A stretch of 64,000 nt of DNA from Terriglobia bacterium (GTDB lineage Bacteria > Acidobacteriota > Polarisedimenticolia > Polarisedimenticolales > JAIQFR01), in NCBI GenBank assembly GCA_963748015.1, contig CAVVHE010000004.1:1600001-1664000 (forward strand). Direction: 5' to 3'. The notes under the pieces were generated by a model. It saw only the letters and a program-made list of their open reading frames with translations, was not told the DNA's origin and made no database searches. The translations under genes were made by a program, and so were the position numbers. Positions within the stretch are counted from its first letter, which is position 1, and every line of letters begins with the position of its first letter. Positions 30,445 to 40,429 of this stretch are shown in pieces.

Positions 30445-31485
30445 ATGGCGACCCTCTGGTTCTGCCTGATCGTGGCGATGCTGGCGGCCTACGTCGTCCT
30501 CGACGGCTTCGACCTCGGCGCCGGGATCCTCCATCTGGCGCTCGCGCGGACCGACGACGAGCGGCGGCTGGTGCTGCGCTCGATCGGGCCGGTGTGGGAC
30601 GGGAACGAGGTGTGGCTGATCGCCGCCGGCGCCTCGCTCCTCCTCGCCTTTCCCCCGCTCTACGCGAGCGCCTTCAGCGGCTTCTACCTCCCCCTCATGA
30701 TCGTGCTGTGGCTCCTGATGCTGCGGGGGATCGCGATCGAGCTCCGCAACCACATCGACAGCCCGGTCTGGCGGCCGCTGTGGGACGTGACGTTCGGGGT
30801 GTCGAGCCTCCTCCTCGTGGTCTTCCTCGGCGTCGCTCTCGGCAACGTGGTCCGGGGCGTGCCGCTCGAGCCCAACGGACGATTCTTCGTGCCGCTGTGG
30901 ACGAACTTCCGCCCGGGGGCCGACGCCGGCGTGCTCGACAGCTACACCCTGCTCGTCGGCCTCGCCGCGCTCGCGACGCTCACCCTCCACGGCGCGCTCT
31001 GGATCGCGCTCAAGACCGGGGGCAAGCTCCAGGCGCGCGCGAGGCGCACGGTCGACTTCGTCTGGTGGGGGGTGGCCGCCCTCACGGTGGTGCTGACGCT
31101 CTTCACGATGCGGGTGCAGCCCCAGGTCGCCGCGAGCCTCGCGAGCCGGCCGTGGGGGTACGTCTTCCCGGTGGTCGCCCTCGCGGGACTCGTCGCCGTG
31201 CTGTGGTTCACGGCGCACCAGCAGGACGCCGCGGCGTTCCTCGCGTCGAGCACGCACATCGCCGCGATGATCTCGAGCGCCGCCTTCGGCCTCTTCCCCT
31301 ACGTGCTGCCGTCGTCCGGCGACCCGTCGCTCGGCCTCACGGTGTACAGCGCCGCGGCTCCGGCCGCCGGCCTCAGGGTAGGTCTCGCGTGGTGGATTCC
31401 GGGGATGGCGCTCGTCGCCCTCTACTTCTTCTTCGCGTACCGCAAGTTCTCCGGCAAGGTCGAGCTCGGCGGCGACGGGTACTGA
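30445..31485 (+). CDS. cydB: Cytochrome bd ubiquinol oxidase subunit II
   Basis: LDGFDLGAG, PVWDGNEVWL. Confidence 0.97.
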   Translation: MATLWFCLIVAMLAAYVVLDGFDLGAGILHLALARTDDERRLVLRSIGPVWDGNEVWLIAAGASLLLAFPPLYASAFSGFYLPLMIVLWLLMLRGIAIELRNHIDSPVWRPLWDVTFGVSSLLLVVFLGVALGNVVRGVPLEPNGRFFVPLWTNFRPGADAGVLDSYTLLVGLAALATLTLHGALWIALKTGGKLQARARRTVDFVWWGVAALTVVLTLFTMRVQPQVAASLASRPWGYVFPVVALAGLVAVLWFTAHQQDAAAFLASSTHIAAMISSAAFGLFPYVLPSSGDPSLGLTVYSAAAPAAGLRVGLAWWIPGMALVALYFFFAYRKFSGKVELGGDGY

Positions 31486-31492
31486 GCGGCCC

Positions 31493-32506
31493 ATGCGCGC
31501 GATGCTGTTGCGGTCGAACGCTCCGATCGCCGATCGTCCCCTCGAATGGACGGAGCTCGACGATCCGGAGCCCGGGGAGGGAGAGGTTCGCGTCCGCGTG
31601 AGCGCCTGCGCGGTCTGCCGGACCGATCTCCACGTGATCGAGGGCGATCTCCCCGCCCGCAGGTTGCCGCTGGTCCCGGGCCACCAGGTGGTCGGGACCG
31701 TGGACCGGCTCGGCCCGGGCTGCGGGCGGCTGGGCACCGGGGAGCGGGTCGGGATCGCCTGGCTGCGCGCGACGTGCGGCGCCTGCGAGTTCTGCCGGTC
31801 GGGGTCGGAGAACCTCTGCGGGGCGTCCCGCTACACCGGGTACCACGCGAACGGAGGGTACGCCGAGCTCGCCGTCGTCCCGGAGGCCTTCGCCTACCGG
31901 ATACCGGACGCCTTCGGCGACGTCGAGGCCGCGCCGCTCCTGTGCGCGGGCATCATCGGATACCGCGCGCTCCGCCGGAGCGAGATCGCCGCCGGCGGCC
32001 GTCTCGGCCTCTACGGCTTCGGATCGTCCGCGCACGTCGTGCTGCAGCTCGCCCGGTACCGCGGGTGCGAGGTCTACGTCGCCACACGGGGCGAGGGCCA
32101 CCGCGAGCTGGCCCGCAGGATGGGGGCGGCGTGGGTCGGCGAGACGTTCGACGCTCCGCCGGTTCTCCTCGATGCGGCGATCGTGTTCGCCCCGGTCGGC
32201 GAGGTCGTTCCGCCCGCGATGCGAGCGGTCCGCAAGGGTGGCACCGTGGCGCTCGCCGGGATCCACATGTCGCCGGTCCCCGCGATGGACTACGGCGAGT
32301 GCCTGTTCCACGAGAAGAGCCTGACGAGCGTCGAGGCGAACACCCGCGCCGACGGCGAGGACCTCCTTCGCGAGGCGGCCGCGATCCCGCTTCGCCCCGA
32401 GGTGACGACGTTTCCCCTCGAGCACGCCAACGAGGCCCTGATCCGCCTGAAGCAGGACCGGATCGACGGGACCGGCGTGCTGGTGATCGGCGACGAGCGC
32501 GGCTGA
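31493..32506 (+). CDS. Zinc-binding alcohol dehydrogenase family protein
   Basis: CRTDLH, PGHQVVG, CGACEFC..ENLC, APLLCAG, GLYGFG. Confidence 0.93.
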   Translation: MRAMLLRSNAPIADRPLEWTELDDPEPGEGEVRVRVSACAVCRTDLHVIEGDLPARRLPLVPGHQVVGTVDRLGPGCGRLGTGERVGIAWLRATCGACEFCRSGSENLCGASRYTGYHANGGYAELAVVPEAFAYRIPDAFGDVEAAPLLCAGIIGYRALRRSEIAAGGRLGLYGFGSSAHVVLQLARYRGCEVYVATRGEGHRELARRMGAAWVGETFDAPPVLLDAAIVFAPVGEVVPPAMRAVRKGGTVALAGIHMSPVPAMDYGECLFHEKSLTSVEANTRADGEDLLREAAAIPLRPEVTTFPLEHANEALIRLKQDRIDGTGVLVIGDERG

Positions 32507-32530
32507 CCGCCGCCGCCCCCGGAGGCCGCG

Positions 32531-33673
32531 ATGACCCTGAAGTCCCCCGTCGCCGCCGCGATCCTCGCGGCCTGCTGCTCTCCCCTCTTCGCCCAGGCGG
32601 TCTCGGCGCCGCCCCAGGCGGCTCCCCCCTCCCTCGAGGAGGTCCGCAGGGCCATGGGGATCCCCTCGCGCGACGGCGTGCGTGGCCAGCAGGACGCCGT
32701 GGGCTTCGCGTCGAAGCCAGAGCAGATGGCGCGGGTGTGGGAGCTCTCCGCGGTCCCGCCGGCCCCCGAGCGGCTCGGCGAGCCGCCGGTCCCCGGCGCC
32801 GCCGCGGTGATCTGCCCCCACGACGACTACCTGTACGCCGGGCGGGTGTACCGCCAGGTCCTTCCGCTCGTGACCGCGCGCACGGTGGTGCTCGTCGGGG
32901 TGTTCCACAAGTACCGCCGCTTCGGCGCGCACGACCGCCTGGTGTTCGATCCCTATCGCGCGTGGCGCTCGCCGGACGGCGACGTCCCCGTGTCGCCGCT
33001 GCGCGAGGACCTGCTAGCCGCGCTGCCGAAGGACGACGTGATCCAGGACGCGGCGATGCACGACAGCGAGCACTCGCTCGAGGCGCTGGCGTTCTGGCTT
33101 CGCCACGCCCGGCCCGATCTCGAGATCGTCCCGATCATCGTCCCCGCCGCGAGCTTCGACCGGCTCTCCGAGCTGGCCGCCCACCTCGGCCAGGCGCTGG
33201 CGGAGTCCATGAAGAAGCGCGGCTGGCGCCTCGGGCGCGACGTCGCGATCGCGATCTCCACCGACGGCGTGCACTACGGACCGGACTTCAAGTTCGTGCC
33301 GTACGGCGACGGAGGGGTGGACGCGTACGTCCGCGCGACCGACAAGGACCGCTCGCTGCTGCGCGGCCCGCTCGCGGGGCCGGTCACGCCGGAGAAGGTC
33401 CGGCAGCTCTTCGCCGAATTCGTGAACCCCGAGAAGCCGGACGAGTACCGGCTAACCTGGTGCGGCCGCTTCTCGGTGCCTCTCGGCCTCCTCCTCCTCG
33501 AAAAGACCGCGGCCGCGCTCGGCGCCGGCGTCCCCGTCGGACATCCCGTCGCCTACGCGACCTCGGTCGGCTCACCCGAGCTTCAAGTCCGCGACGTCGG
33601 CCTCGGCGCCACCGCCCCGGCGAACCTCTACCACTTCGTCAGCTACCCCGCCGCAGCGTTCACGCTGCCCTGA
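32531..33673 (+). CDS. Memo-like (AmmeMemoRadiSam protein B family) protein with a signal peptide
   Basis: PHDDYLY, VGVFH, EHSLE, ISTDGVHYG, TWCG. Confidence 0.8.
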   Translation: MTLKSPVAAAILAACCSPLFAQAVSAPPQAAPPSLEEVRRAMGIPSRDGVRGQQDAVGFASKPEQMARVWELSAVPPAPERLGEPPVPGAAAVICPHDDYLYAGRVYRQVLPLVTARTVVLVGVFHKYRRFGAHDRLVFDPYRAWRSPDGDVPVSPLREDLLAALPKDDVIQDAAMHDSEHSLEALAFWLRHARPDLEIVPIIVPAASFDRLSELAAHLGQALAESMKKRGWRLGRDVAIAISTDGVHYGPDFKFVPYGDGGVDAYVRATDKDRSLLRGPLAGPVTPEKVRQLFAEFVNPEKPDEYRLTWCGRFSVPLGLLLLEKTAAALGAGVPVGHPVAYATSVGSPELQVRDVGLGATAPANLYHFVSYPAAAFTLP

Positions 33674-33846
33674 CCCGCGTCCGAAGCTCGCGCTCGGACT
33701 CGACCCGAAGCGGCCCTGTTTTCGCGCGGCCGGTCCTTCCCTGGAAGGCCGCGCGAAAACCGGAGCCAGGCGGCGCGGCGACTTGCGCCGCGCAACGCCG
33801 CAGCGTGCCGCGCGGGTCGAGTCCGAGCGCGGGCTTCGGACGCGGG
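33674..33846. repeat. Large compound inverted repeat between convergent genes
   Basis: 34-nt arms (33 of 34 complementary) enclosing a perfect 14-bp hairpin at 33718-33760 and a third small hairpin. Confidence 0.85.
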
Positions 33847-33854
33847 CGCCGGCG

Positions 33855-34634
33855 CTACCTGAAGATCTCGGCGAAGAACGCCTGCATGGCGGCCCAGGAG
33901 CGGCGGTCGGCGCGCTCGTTGTAGGCGGCGCCTTTCGAGTTGTCGCTCCCCGCGGCGGGGTTGGTGAAGGAGTGAACGGCGCCGCCGTATTTGACGAGCT
34001 GCCAGTCCACGCCGGACTTGCGCATCTCGTCCTCGAAGGCCGCCAGGTCGGCGGCGGGGACGAACGGGTCGTCGGCTCCGTGCAGCGCCAGAATCCTAGC
34101 CTTGATGTTCTTGCCGTCGGCGGGAGCCGGCGAGTCGAGGCCGCCGTGGAAGCTCACGACGCCGGCGAGGTCGGCGCCGCTCCGGGCCAGCTCGACCACC
34201 GTCGTGCCGCCGAAGCAGAAGCCGATCGCGGCGATCCGCTTCGGGTCCACGAGCGGGTTCGCGCGGAGCGCTTGGAGCGCCGCCGCCGCCCGCGCGCGCA
34301 GCAGGGCGCGGTCGCCCTTGTACTTGCCCGCCAGCTGGCCGGCCTCCTGGGCGTTCGCCGGGCGGATCCCCTTGCCATAGATGTCCGCCGCGAAGGCCAC
34401 GTACCCCAGCTTCGCGAGCTGATCGCACTTCCCGCTGCCGAAGGGGCCGGCGCCCATCCAGTCGTGCACGACGAGAACCCCCGGCCTCTTCCCCTGCACG
34501 GAGTCGTCCCACGCGACGTATCCCTCGAGGACCGTGTCGCCCTGCTTGTACTCCACCGCCTGCGAGCGCGGCGCGGCACCCGCCGTCGTCGCCGCGACCG
34601 CCAGGATCGCCATCATCGCGAAGAGCCTCGTCAT
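33855..34634 (-). CDS. Dienelactone hydrolase family protein
   Basis: GFCFGG, SFHGGL, LHGADDP, VHSFTNP; signal peptide. Confidence 0.93.
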   Translation of the reverse strand: MTRLFAMMAILAVAATTAGAAPRSQAVEYKQGDTVLEGYVAWDDSVQGKRPGVLVVHDWMGAGPFGSGKCDQLAKLGYVAFAADIYGKGIRPANAQEAGQLAGKYKGDRALLRARAAAALQALRANPLVDPKRIAAIGFCFGGTTVVELARSGADLAGVVSFHGGLDSPAPADGKNIKARILALHGADDPFVPAADLAAFEDEMRKSGVDWQLVKYGGAVHSFTNPAAGSDNSKGAAYNERADRRSWAAMQAFFAEIFR

Positions 34635-35215
34635 TTCGAAGTGCCTCCCGTCGTTTCCGTCGGACCTGTTCCCTTGCGCTTGGGGATCTTGAGCTCCTCG
34701 AGCCGATCGGCCACGTCCCGCCCCGCCGTCGAGGGCTTCACGCCGGTGTCGATGTAGAGAATCTTTCCGTCGGCGCCGATGTAGAACGTCTTGCGCGATG
34801 CGACGCGGACCACCGGGATGAGGACCCCGTACGCTTCGGCCGTCTTGCGGTCCGGGTCGGAGAGGATCGGGAAGTCGAGGCCGAGGGATTCGGCGAACTT
34901 GCGGTTGGTGTCGGCGTCGTCCACGCTCGCCGCGAAGTAGGCCACGTCGAACCCGCGGATCGCGTCGCCGCTCTCACGGAGCGACTTGCACTCGGCGGTT
35001 CAGCCCCCGGTGAACGCTTTCGGGAACCAGGCGACGACGACCGCCTGCTTTCCCTGGTAGTCCGCCAGGCGGTGGGTCTTTCCGTCGGACCCCGCGAGAT
35101 CGAACGCGGGGGCGGCGTCCCCCGGCTCGAGGTCGGCCTTCGCCGCGCTCGCGCAGGCGGCGGTCCCGAGCAGCAGGAGCGCCGCGGCGGACAGGGCCAT
35201 CGTCGGGTGCAGCAT
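34631..35215 (-). CDS. Peroxiredoxin (BCP/PrxQ type) with an in-frame TGA, probable selenocysteine
   Basis: ORFs 35000..35362 and 34631..34945 share a frame: WFPKAFTGG-TGA-TAECKS..ASVD..FPILSD..RKTFYIG. RBS GGGAGG precedes the ATG at 35215. Confidence 0.88.
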
Positions 35216-35348
35216 GAAACCCTCCCGTTGAAATAGGATAAGACTCGTCCATTTTACACCGCGACCCGCCCCGTGTCGCCCTGCGGGGCGGCGGCGCCGG
35301 GCGGCCGCGGCGCGTCGCGCGTAGAATGCCCGGCTCGAGGAGGGGAAC

Positions 35349-37025
35349 GTGCCCGAGTTCATCTACACCATGAAGGGCCTCCGGAAGGTGGTCCCCCCGA
35401 ACCGCGAGATCCTCAAGGGGATCTGGCTCTCGTACTACTTCGGCGCGAAGATCGGCGTCCTCGGCGCCAACGGCGCCGGGAAAAGCAGCCTCCTGAGGAT
35501 CATGGCGGGCGAGGATGCCGACTTCCTCGGGGAGGCGTTCGCCGCGAAGGGGATCCGGATCGGCCTCCTCCCCCAGGAGCCGCGGCTCGACCCCTCGAAG
35601 AACGTCCTGCAGAACATCGAGGAGGGGGTCGCCGACACCCGCGCGATCCTCGACCGGTACAACGCGGTCAGCGAGCGCTTCGCCGAGCCGATGGAGCCGG
35701 ACGAGATGGAGAAGCTCCTCGACGAGCAGTCGCGCCTTCAGGACCGGATCGAGGCGCTCGGCGCGTGGGAGCTCGACAGCACGCTCGAGATCGCGATGGA
35801 CGCGCTGCGCTGCCCTTCCCCCGACGCCGACGTCGCCACGCTCTCCGGCGGCGAGCGCCGCCGCGTCGCGCTGTGCCGGCTCCTCCTCCAGAAGCCGGAC
35901 CTGCTCCTCCTCGACGAGCCGACCAACCATCTCGACGCGGAGTCGGTGGCGTGGCTCGAGCGCTTCCTCCGGGACTACCCGGGCACGGTGGTCGCCGTCA
36001 CCCACGACCGGTACTTCCTGGACAACGTCGCGGGGTGGATCCTCGAGCTCGACCGCGGCCAGGGGATCCCGTGGGAGGGGAACTACTCCTCCTGGCTCGA
36101 CCAGAAGCAGCAGCGCTTCGACCAGGAGGAGCGGTCGGCGTCGGCGAAGCGGCGAACGCTCGAGCGGGAGCTCGAGTGGATCCGGATGGCGCCGCGCGCG
36201 CGCCAGGCCAAGGGGAAGGCGCGATTGAACGCCTACGACGAGCTCCTGGCGGAGGAGACCGAGCGCATCCCCGAGGCCGTCGAGATCTACATCGCGCCGG
36301 GCCCGCGGCTCGGAGACGTGGTGGTGGAGGCGGATCACCTCTCGAAGGGATACGGCGACCGGCTCCTGATCGACGATCTGTCGTTCCGCCTCCCGCGGGG
36401 CGGAATCGTCGGGATCATCGGGCCGAACGGCGCCGGCAAGACGACCCTCCTCCGCATGATCGTGGGCGGGGAGCAACCGGATTCGGGCTCGCTGCGGGTC
36501 GGCGAGACCGTGAAGGTCGCCCACGTCGACCAGAGTCGTGACGTACTGAAGGACGACGCGAGCGTTTACGAGGCGATCTCGGAGGGGAACGAGACGCTCA
36601 ACGTGGGGAAGCGCCAGCTCAACGCGCGCGCCTACGTCTCCTCGTTCAATTTCAAGGGAGCCGACCAGCAGAAGCGCGTCTCCACGCTCTCCGGCGGCGA
36701 GCGCAATCGCGTCCACCTCGCTCGGATGCTGAAGGAAGGGGCCAACGTCCTGCTGCTCGACGAGCCGACCAACGACCTGGACGTGGACACCCTGCGGGCG
36801 CTGGAGGAGGCGCTCCTCGGCTTCGCGGGGTGCGCGATCGTGATCAGCCACGACCGGTGGTTCCTCGACCGCATCGCGACCCACATCCTCGCCTTCGAGG
36901 GAGACAGCCGGGTCGTCTGGTTCGAGGGGAACTACCAGGACTACGAGGCGGACCGCCACCGCCGTCTCGGCGTCGAGGCCGACCGGCCGCACCGCATCAA
37001 GTACCGCAAGCTCACGCGGGGTTAG
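35349..37025 (+). CDS. ettA: Energy-dependent translational throttle protein (ABC-F)
   Basis: Two ABC domains; [38 protein letters not shown]. Confidence 0.96.
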   Translation: MPEFIYTMKGLRKVVPPNREILKGIWLSYYFGAKIGVLGANGAGKSSLLRIMAGEDADFLGEAFAAKGIRIGLLPQEPRLDPSKNVLQNIEEGVADTRAILDRYNAVSERFAEPMEPDEMEKLLDEQSRLQDRIEALGAWELDSTLEIAMDALRCPSPDADVATLSGGERRRVALCRLLLQKPDLLLLDEPTNHLDAESVAWLERFLRDYPGTVVAVTHDRYFLDNVAGWILELDRGQGIPWEGNYSSWLDQKQQRFDQEERSASAKRRTLERELEWIRMAPRARQAKGKARLNAYDELLAEETERIPEAVEIYIAPGPRLGDVVVEADHLSKGYGDRLLIDDLSFRLPRGGIVGIIGPNGAGKTTLLRMIVGGEQPDSGSLRVGETVKVAHVDQSRDVLKDDASVYEAISEGNETLNVGKRQLNARAYVSSFNFKGADQQKRVSTLSGGERNRVHLARMLKEGANVLLLDEPTNDLDVDTLRALEEALLGFAGCAIVISHDRWFLDRIATHILAFEGDSRVVWFEGNYQDYEADRHRRLGVEADRPHRIKYRKLTRG

Positions 37026-37037
37026 GAGCTCTCCATC

Positions 37038-37661
37038 GTGAGGCGATCGTCCTTCGAGGAGCGCGCGAGGGCGGGAATCGCGCTCGTCGCGCGGCCGCTG
37101 GCCGGCCGCGCCGCCGCGGCGCTGCTCCTGCTCGCCGCGTCGAGCGGCCACGCGGGCGCGCCGACCCCCGCGGGAGCCGCCGCCCCGCCCGCGAAGCGCG
37201 AGGCCGTTCTCCTGCCGGCCAATGCGTCTCGCCTCCTCGAAGAGGTGCGCAAGCCGGGAGCGTCGGTCGTCCTCCTGAACGTGTGGGCGACCTGGTGCCA
37301 GCCGTGCCGCGAGGAGTTCCCCGACCTGATGAAGCTGCGGCGGAGCTGGGCGGACCGCGGCCTCCGGCTCGTGCTGGTCTCGGGCGACTTCGACGCCGAC
37401 AAGAGCGAGGCGCTCCGATTCCTGTCGGCGCACGGCGCCGACTTCCCCTCGTTCATCAAGGACGGAGGGGACATGGAGTTCATCGACGGGCTCGACCGCC
37501 GCTGGTCGGGTGCGCTCCCCGCGACCTTCCTCTATGATTCGTCGGGTCGTCTACGCAACTTCTGGGAGGGCAAGGCCGACTACGCCACCCTGGAGCGGCG
37601 GGTCCAGGACGTCGTTTCCGGTGGGGCGGCGACGCCGCACCCGGCCGAGGAGAAGCCATGA
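37038..37661 (+). CDS. TlpA/ResA-like disulfide reductase
   Basis: NVWATWCQPCREEFP, ALPATF; signal peptide. Confidence 0.9.
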   Translation: MRRSSFEERARAGIALVARPLAGRAAAALLLLAASSGHAGAPTPAGAAAPPAKREAVLLPANASRLLEEVRKPGASVVLLNVWATWCQPCREEFPDLMKLRRSWADRGLRLVLVSGDFDADKSEALRFLSAHGADFPSFIKDGGDMEFIDGLDRRWSGALPATFLYDSSGRLRNFWEGKADYATLERRVQDVVSGGAATPHPAEEKP

Positions 37662-38290
37662 ATCGCAACCGGTCCTCCGTGTCCATAGCCTGTCTCGTCG
37701 TCGCGCTGGGGCTCCTTTCCGCGACGCACGCGCAGGAGACCGTCACGAACCTCGCCCTCGGGGCCGCCGCTCCCGCCGCCACCGTGAAGATGAAGAGCGT
37801 GGACGGTCGCGAGCTCACGATCGCCGACGCCAAGGGCGAGAAGGGAACCCTCGTGATCTTCACCTGCAACCACTGCCCGTGGGTGAAGGCGTGGGAGACC
37901 CGGATCGCGGAAATCGGGAACGCCTGGCAGGCGAAGGGCATCGGCGTGATCGCCGTCAACTCCAACGATCCCGCGGCCTACCCCGAGGATGCCTTCGAGG
38001 AGATGCAGAAGCGGGCCAAGGACCGCGGCATGCGCTACCCCTACGTCGTGGACGCCACGTCCGAGGTCGCCCGCGCGTTCGGGGCGAGCCATACGCCCGA
38101 GATCTTCCTCTTCGGGAAGGACGGCAAACTCGCGTACAAGGGGGCGGTCGACGACAACGCGAAGGAGCCCGAGAAGGTGAAGGAGCACTTCCTCGCCGAC
38201 GCTCTCGAGGCCGTCGCGGCCGGCAACCCGCCGCCGATGCCCGAAACGAAAGCCCTCGGCTGCTCGATCAAGTACCGCAAGTCGAGCTAG
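37658..38290 (+). CDS. Thioredoxin-fold (AhpC/TSA, PRX-like) protein, exported
   Basis: FTCNHCPWV, NSND, TPE.F, Y.GA.DD, GCSIK. Confidence 0.9.
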   Translation: MNRNRSSVSIACLVVALGLLSATHAQETVTNLALGAAAPAATVKMKSVDGRELTIADAKGEKGTLVIFTCNHCPWVKAWETRIAEIGNAWQAKGIGVIAVNSNDPAAYPEDAFEEMQKRAKDRGMRYPYVVDATSEVARAFGASHTPEIFLFGKDGKLAYKGAVDDNAKEPEKVKEHFLADALEAVAAGNPPPMPETKALGCSIKYRKSS

Positions 38291-38294
38291 CACC

Positions 38295-38380
38295 GCGAGC
38301 GTTGCCCGAGGCCGGAAGCGTTCCTCGCCGGCCCGGAAAAGGGCCGTCTGCGGACGCTTCCGGCCTCGGGCCCCGCTCGC
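38295..38380 (-). repeat. Intergenic hairpin repeat, copy 2
   Basis: Minus-strand core GCAGACGGCCC-TTTTCC-GGGCCGGCGA with inverted arms. Confidence 0.85.
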
Positions 38381-38383
38381 TCG

Positions 38384-38567
38384 TCGGCGATCGTCCGCGG
38401 ATCCTCCCGGCGACCTCCCTCGGCGACGACCCGCATCGGCCGGGCGAAGGGTCTCGCAAGCGCGATGGGGACCCCCATCCCCATCGCGCGAGACCCTTCG
38501 CCCGGCCGTGCAGGGGTCCCCGTCGCCTCGGGCATCGTCGCCGGGAGGACCCGCGGACGATCGCCGA
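38384..38567. repeat. 184-nt imperfect palindrome
   Basis: Outer arms 30 of 31 complementary, middle arms 21 of 21, inner stem 11 bp. Confidence 0.85.
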
Positions 38568-38637
38568 AAGACGCTTCCGATAGAAGCCGCGTTGAACCCC
38601 CCGGACCTACCCGGCGCGGTGTGCCGGTGGCGGTCCG

Positions 38638-39237
38638 TCAGCGGACGGGGACGACGGCGAAGATGAAGGCGCTCCAGAGGGAGTGGGAGATCACGAGCGC
38701 CGCGAGGTCGCGCTTCCAGACATAGAGGAAGCCCCAGTACGCTCCCGCGACGAGGGCGGCGAGGATCAGCATCGGGTTTCGCGAGAAGACGTGCACTCCC
38801 GCGTAGAGGGCGGTGGCGGCGAGGAAACCCGGCCACGTCCCCCATCGCCGCTGAAGGCGCTCCTGGAAGTAGCCCCGCCAGAAGATCTCCTCGCCGGGGC
38901 CGGTCACGAAGAGGAGGAGCAGCGCGACGAGGAAGCGGCTGGACCCGTCGCCGAGACCGTAGATCCCGCCGACCTGCCCCACGGCCCCCGGGACGACGAG
39001 CGGCGCGATGGCGTTGCCGGCATAGAAGACGCCGTACAGGACCGCGGCGGAGCCGACCCCCCACGCGATCGACGATCGCGAGAACCGAAGCCGGGGCCGC
39101 TGCCAGACGAGCGACCAGCCGGTGACCAGCGCCACCGCTATCCCGATCTTGACCCAGAAGTTGCCCCAGGCGAGACCGAAGGTGAACGCCCAGCCGGCGA
39201 GCGCGAGGAGCAGCGCGCCTAGAAGCCCGTCCGCCAT
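38638..39237 (-). CDS. CPBP (Abi/Rce1-like) intramembrane glutamic endopeptidase
   Basis: EEIFWRG, YAGVH, SHSLWS; its ATG overlaps the upstream TGA. Confidence 0.9.
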   Translation of the reverse strand: MADGLLGALLLALAGWAFTFGLAWGNFWVKIGIAVALVTGWSLVWQRPRLRFSRSSIAWGVGSAAVLYGVFYAGNAIAPLVVPGAVGQVGGIYGLGDGSSRFLVALLLLFVTGPGEEIFWRGYFQERLQRRWGTWPGFLAATALYAGVHVFSRNPMLILAALVAGAYWGFLYVWKRDLAALVISHSLWSAFIFAVVPVR

Positions 39238-40130
39238 CAACGCGTCACCACCCCCGCGATGAACAATCCCGCCATCAGGCACACGCCGAAGAGAGTGTCG
39301 AGCTGCGCGGTGATGGCGTCCGCCGCGTCGGGGATCTCCCGCGCGAAGGTCCGGAACAGCGACACCGCTTTCGGCACCGAGAGCAGGACCAGAAGGGCCC
39401 ACGGGGTGACGATCCCGCCCGCGACCATCCCGATCAGGGCGAGATACGCCGCCGCGATCATCGCCAGGTAGATGTGCAGGCTCCTCCTCTGCCCGAGGAG
39501 GATGCTGAGGGTCCGGATCCCGCGGCGCGCGTCGTACTCCACGTCCCGCATGTTGTTGGCGAACAGCACGAGCGCCACCAGCACGCCGAACGGGATCGAG
39601 ATCAGGAGCGGCCGGGGCGACAGCGCCCCCCGCTGCACCGCGTACGCCCCTCCGATCATCAACGGGCCCCACATCAGGAACACCGCGATCTCGCCGAGAG
39701 CGCGATACTTGAACTTCACCGGCCCCGCCGTGTAGAGGAGGCTCGCGAGGAACCCGATGCCCCCGATCCACGCGACGTCGCGGCTGCGGAGGACCGCCGC
39801 GGCCACGCCGACCGCGGCGGTCACCGCGTAGAGCGCCACCGCTTCCGCCAGCAGCTGCCGCGGCGTCATCAGGCCGCCGAGGAGCGGGTGCGGCCGGTAC
39901 TTCGCCGTCGGCGAGTCGGCCTGATCGACGCCGTATCGCGTGTCGAAGTAATCGTTGATGACGTTGGTGGCCGCGTGGAACGCCACCGCGCCCACGAGAA
40001 CGACGCCGAGCCAGAGCCACGAGATCGGTCCGTCCGCGGCGGCGAGAAACGTCCCCATGCACACCGAGATCGCGGTCATCGAGAACGACCACGGCCTCGT
40101 CGACACCACGAGATCCTTGAACCGGGTCAT
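39237..40130 (-). CDS. menA: MenA-like UbiA-family prenyltransferase
   Basis: RPWSF, NVINDYFD..GVD, YTAGP..KY.ALGE, NNMRDVEYD. Confidence 0.8.
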   Translation of the reverse strand: MTRFKDLVVSTRPWSFSMTAISVCMGTFLAAADGPISWLWLGVVLVGAVAFHAATNVINDYFDTRYGVDQADSPTAKYRPHPLLGGLMTPRQLLAEAVALYAVTAAVGVAAAVLRSRDVAWIGGIGFLASLLYTAGPVKFKYRALGEIAVFLMWGPLMIGGAYAVQRGALSPRPLLISIPFGVLVALVLFANNMRDVEYDARRGIRTLSILLGQRRSLHIYLAMIAAAYLALIGMVAGGIVTPWALLVLLSVPKAVSLFRTFAREIPDAADAITAQLDTLFGVCLMAGLFIAGVVTR

Positions 40131-40279
40131 GCCGTCGCCCTCCTCCTCGCTCCGCGACCCCTATCCGCTCGAATCGCGGCGGCGTCCGGCGAAGCTACCA
40201 GAGCACCCCCGCCCCCGCAACCCGAACTCTCGATCGCGTCGACGGTCCCGCTGATCGGCGTCGGCCGCGCCACTCGGGC

Positions 40280-40356
40280 CGCGAGGACGAGGCGGCATGG
40301 GTTCTCGCCGGCCCGAAAAAGGGCCGTCTACGAACCCATGCCGCCTCGTCCTCGCG
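40280..40356 (-). repeat. Intergenic hairpin repeat, copy 3
   Basis: Perfect 25-bp arms around the minus-strand core GTAGACGGCCC-TTTTTC-GGGCCGGCGA. Confidence 0.9.
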
Positions 40357-40429
40357 TGGGATCAACGCAACCGTGCGGGTGCCTCCGCCCCGAACCGGAC
40401 CCGAGCCCGGTCGAAGCCTAGCGGCTCGC

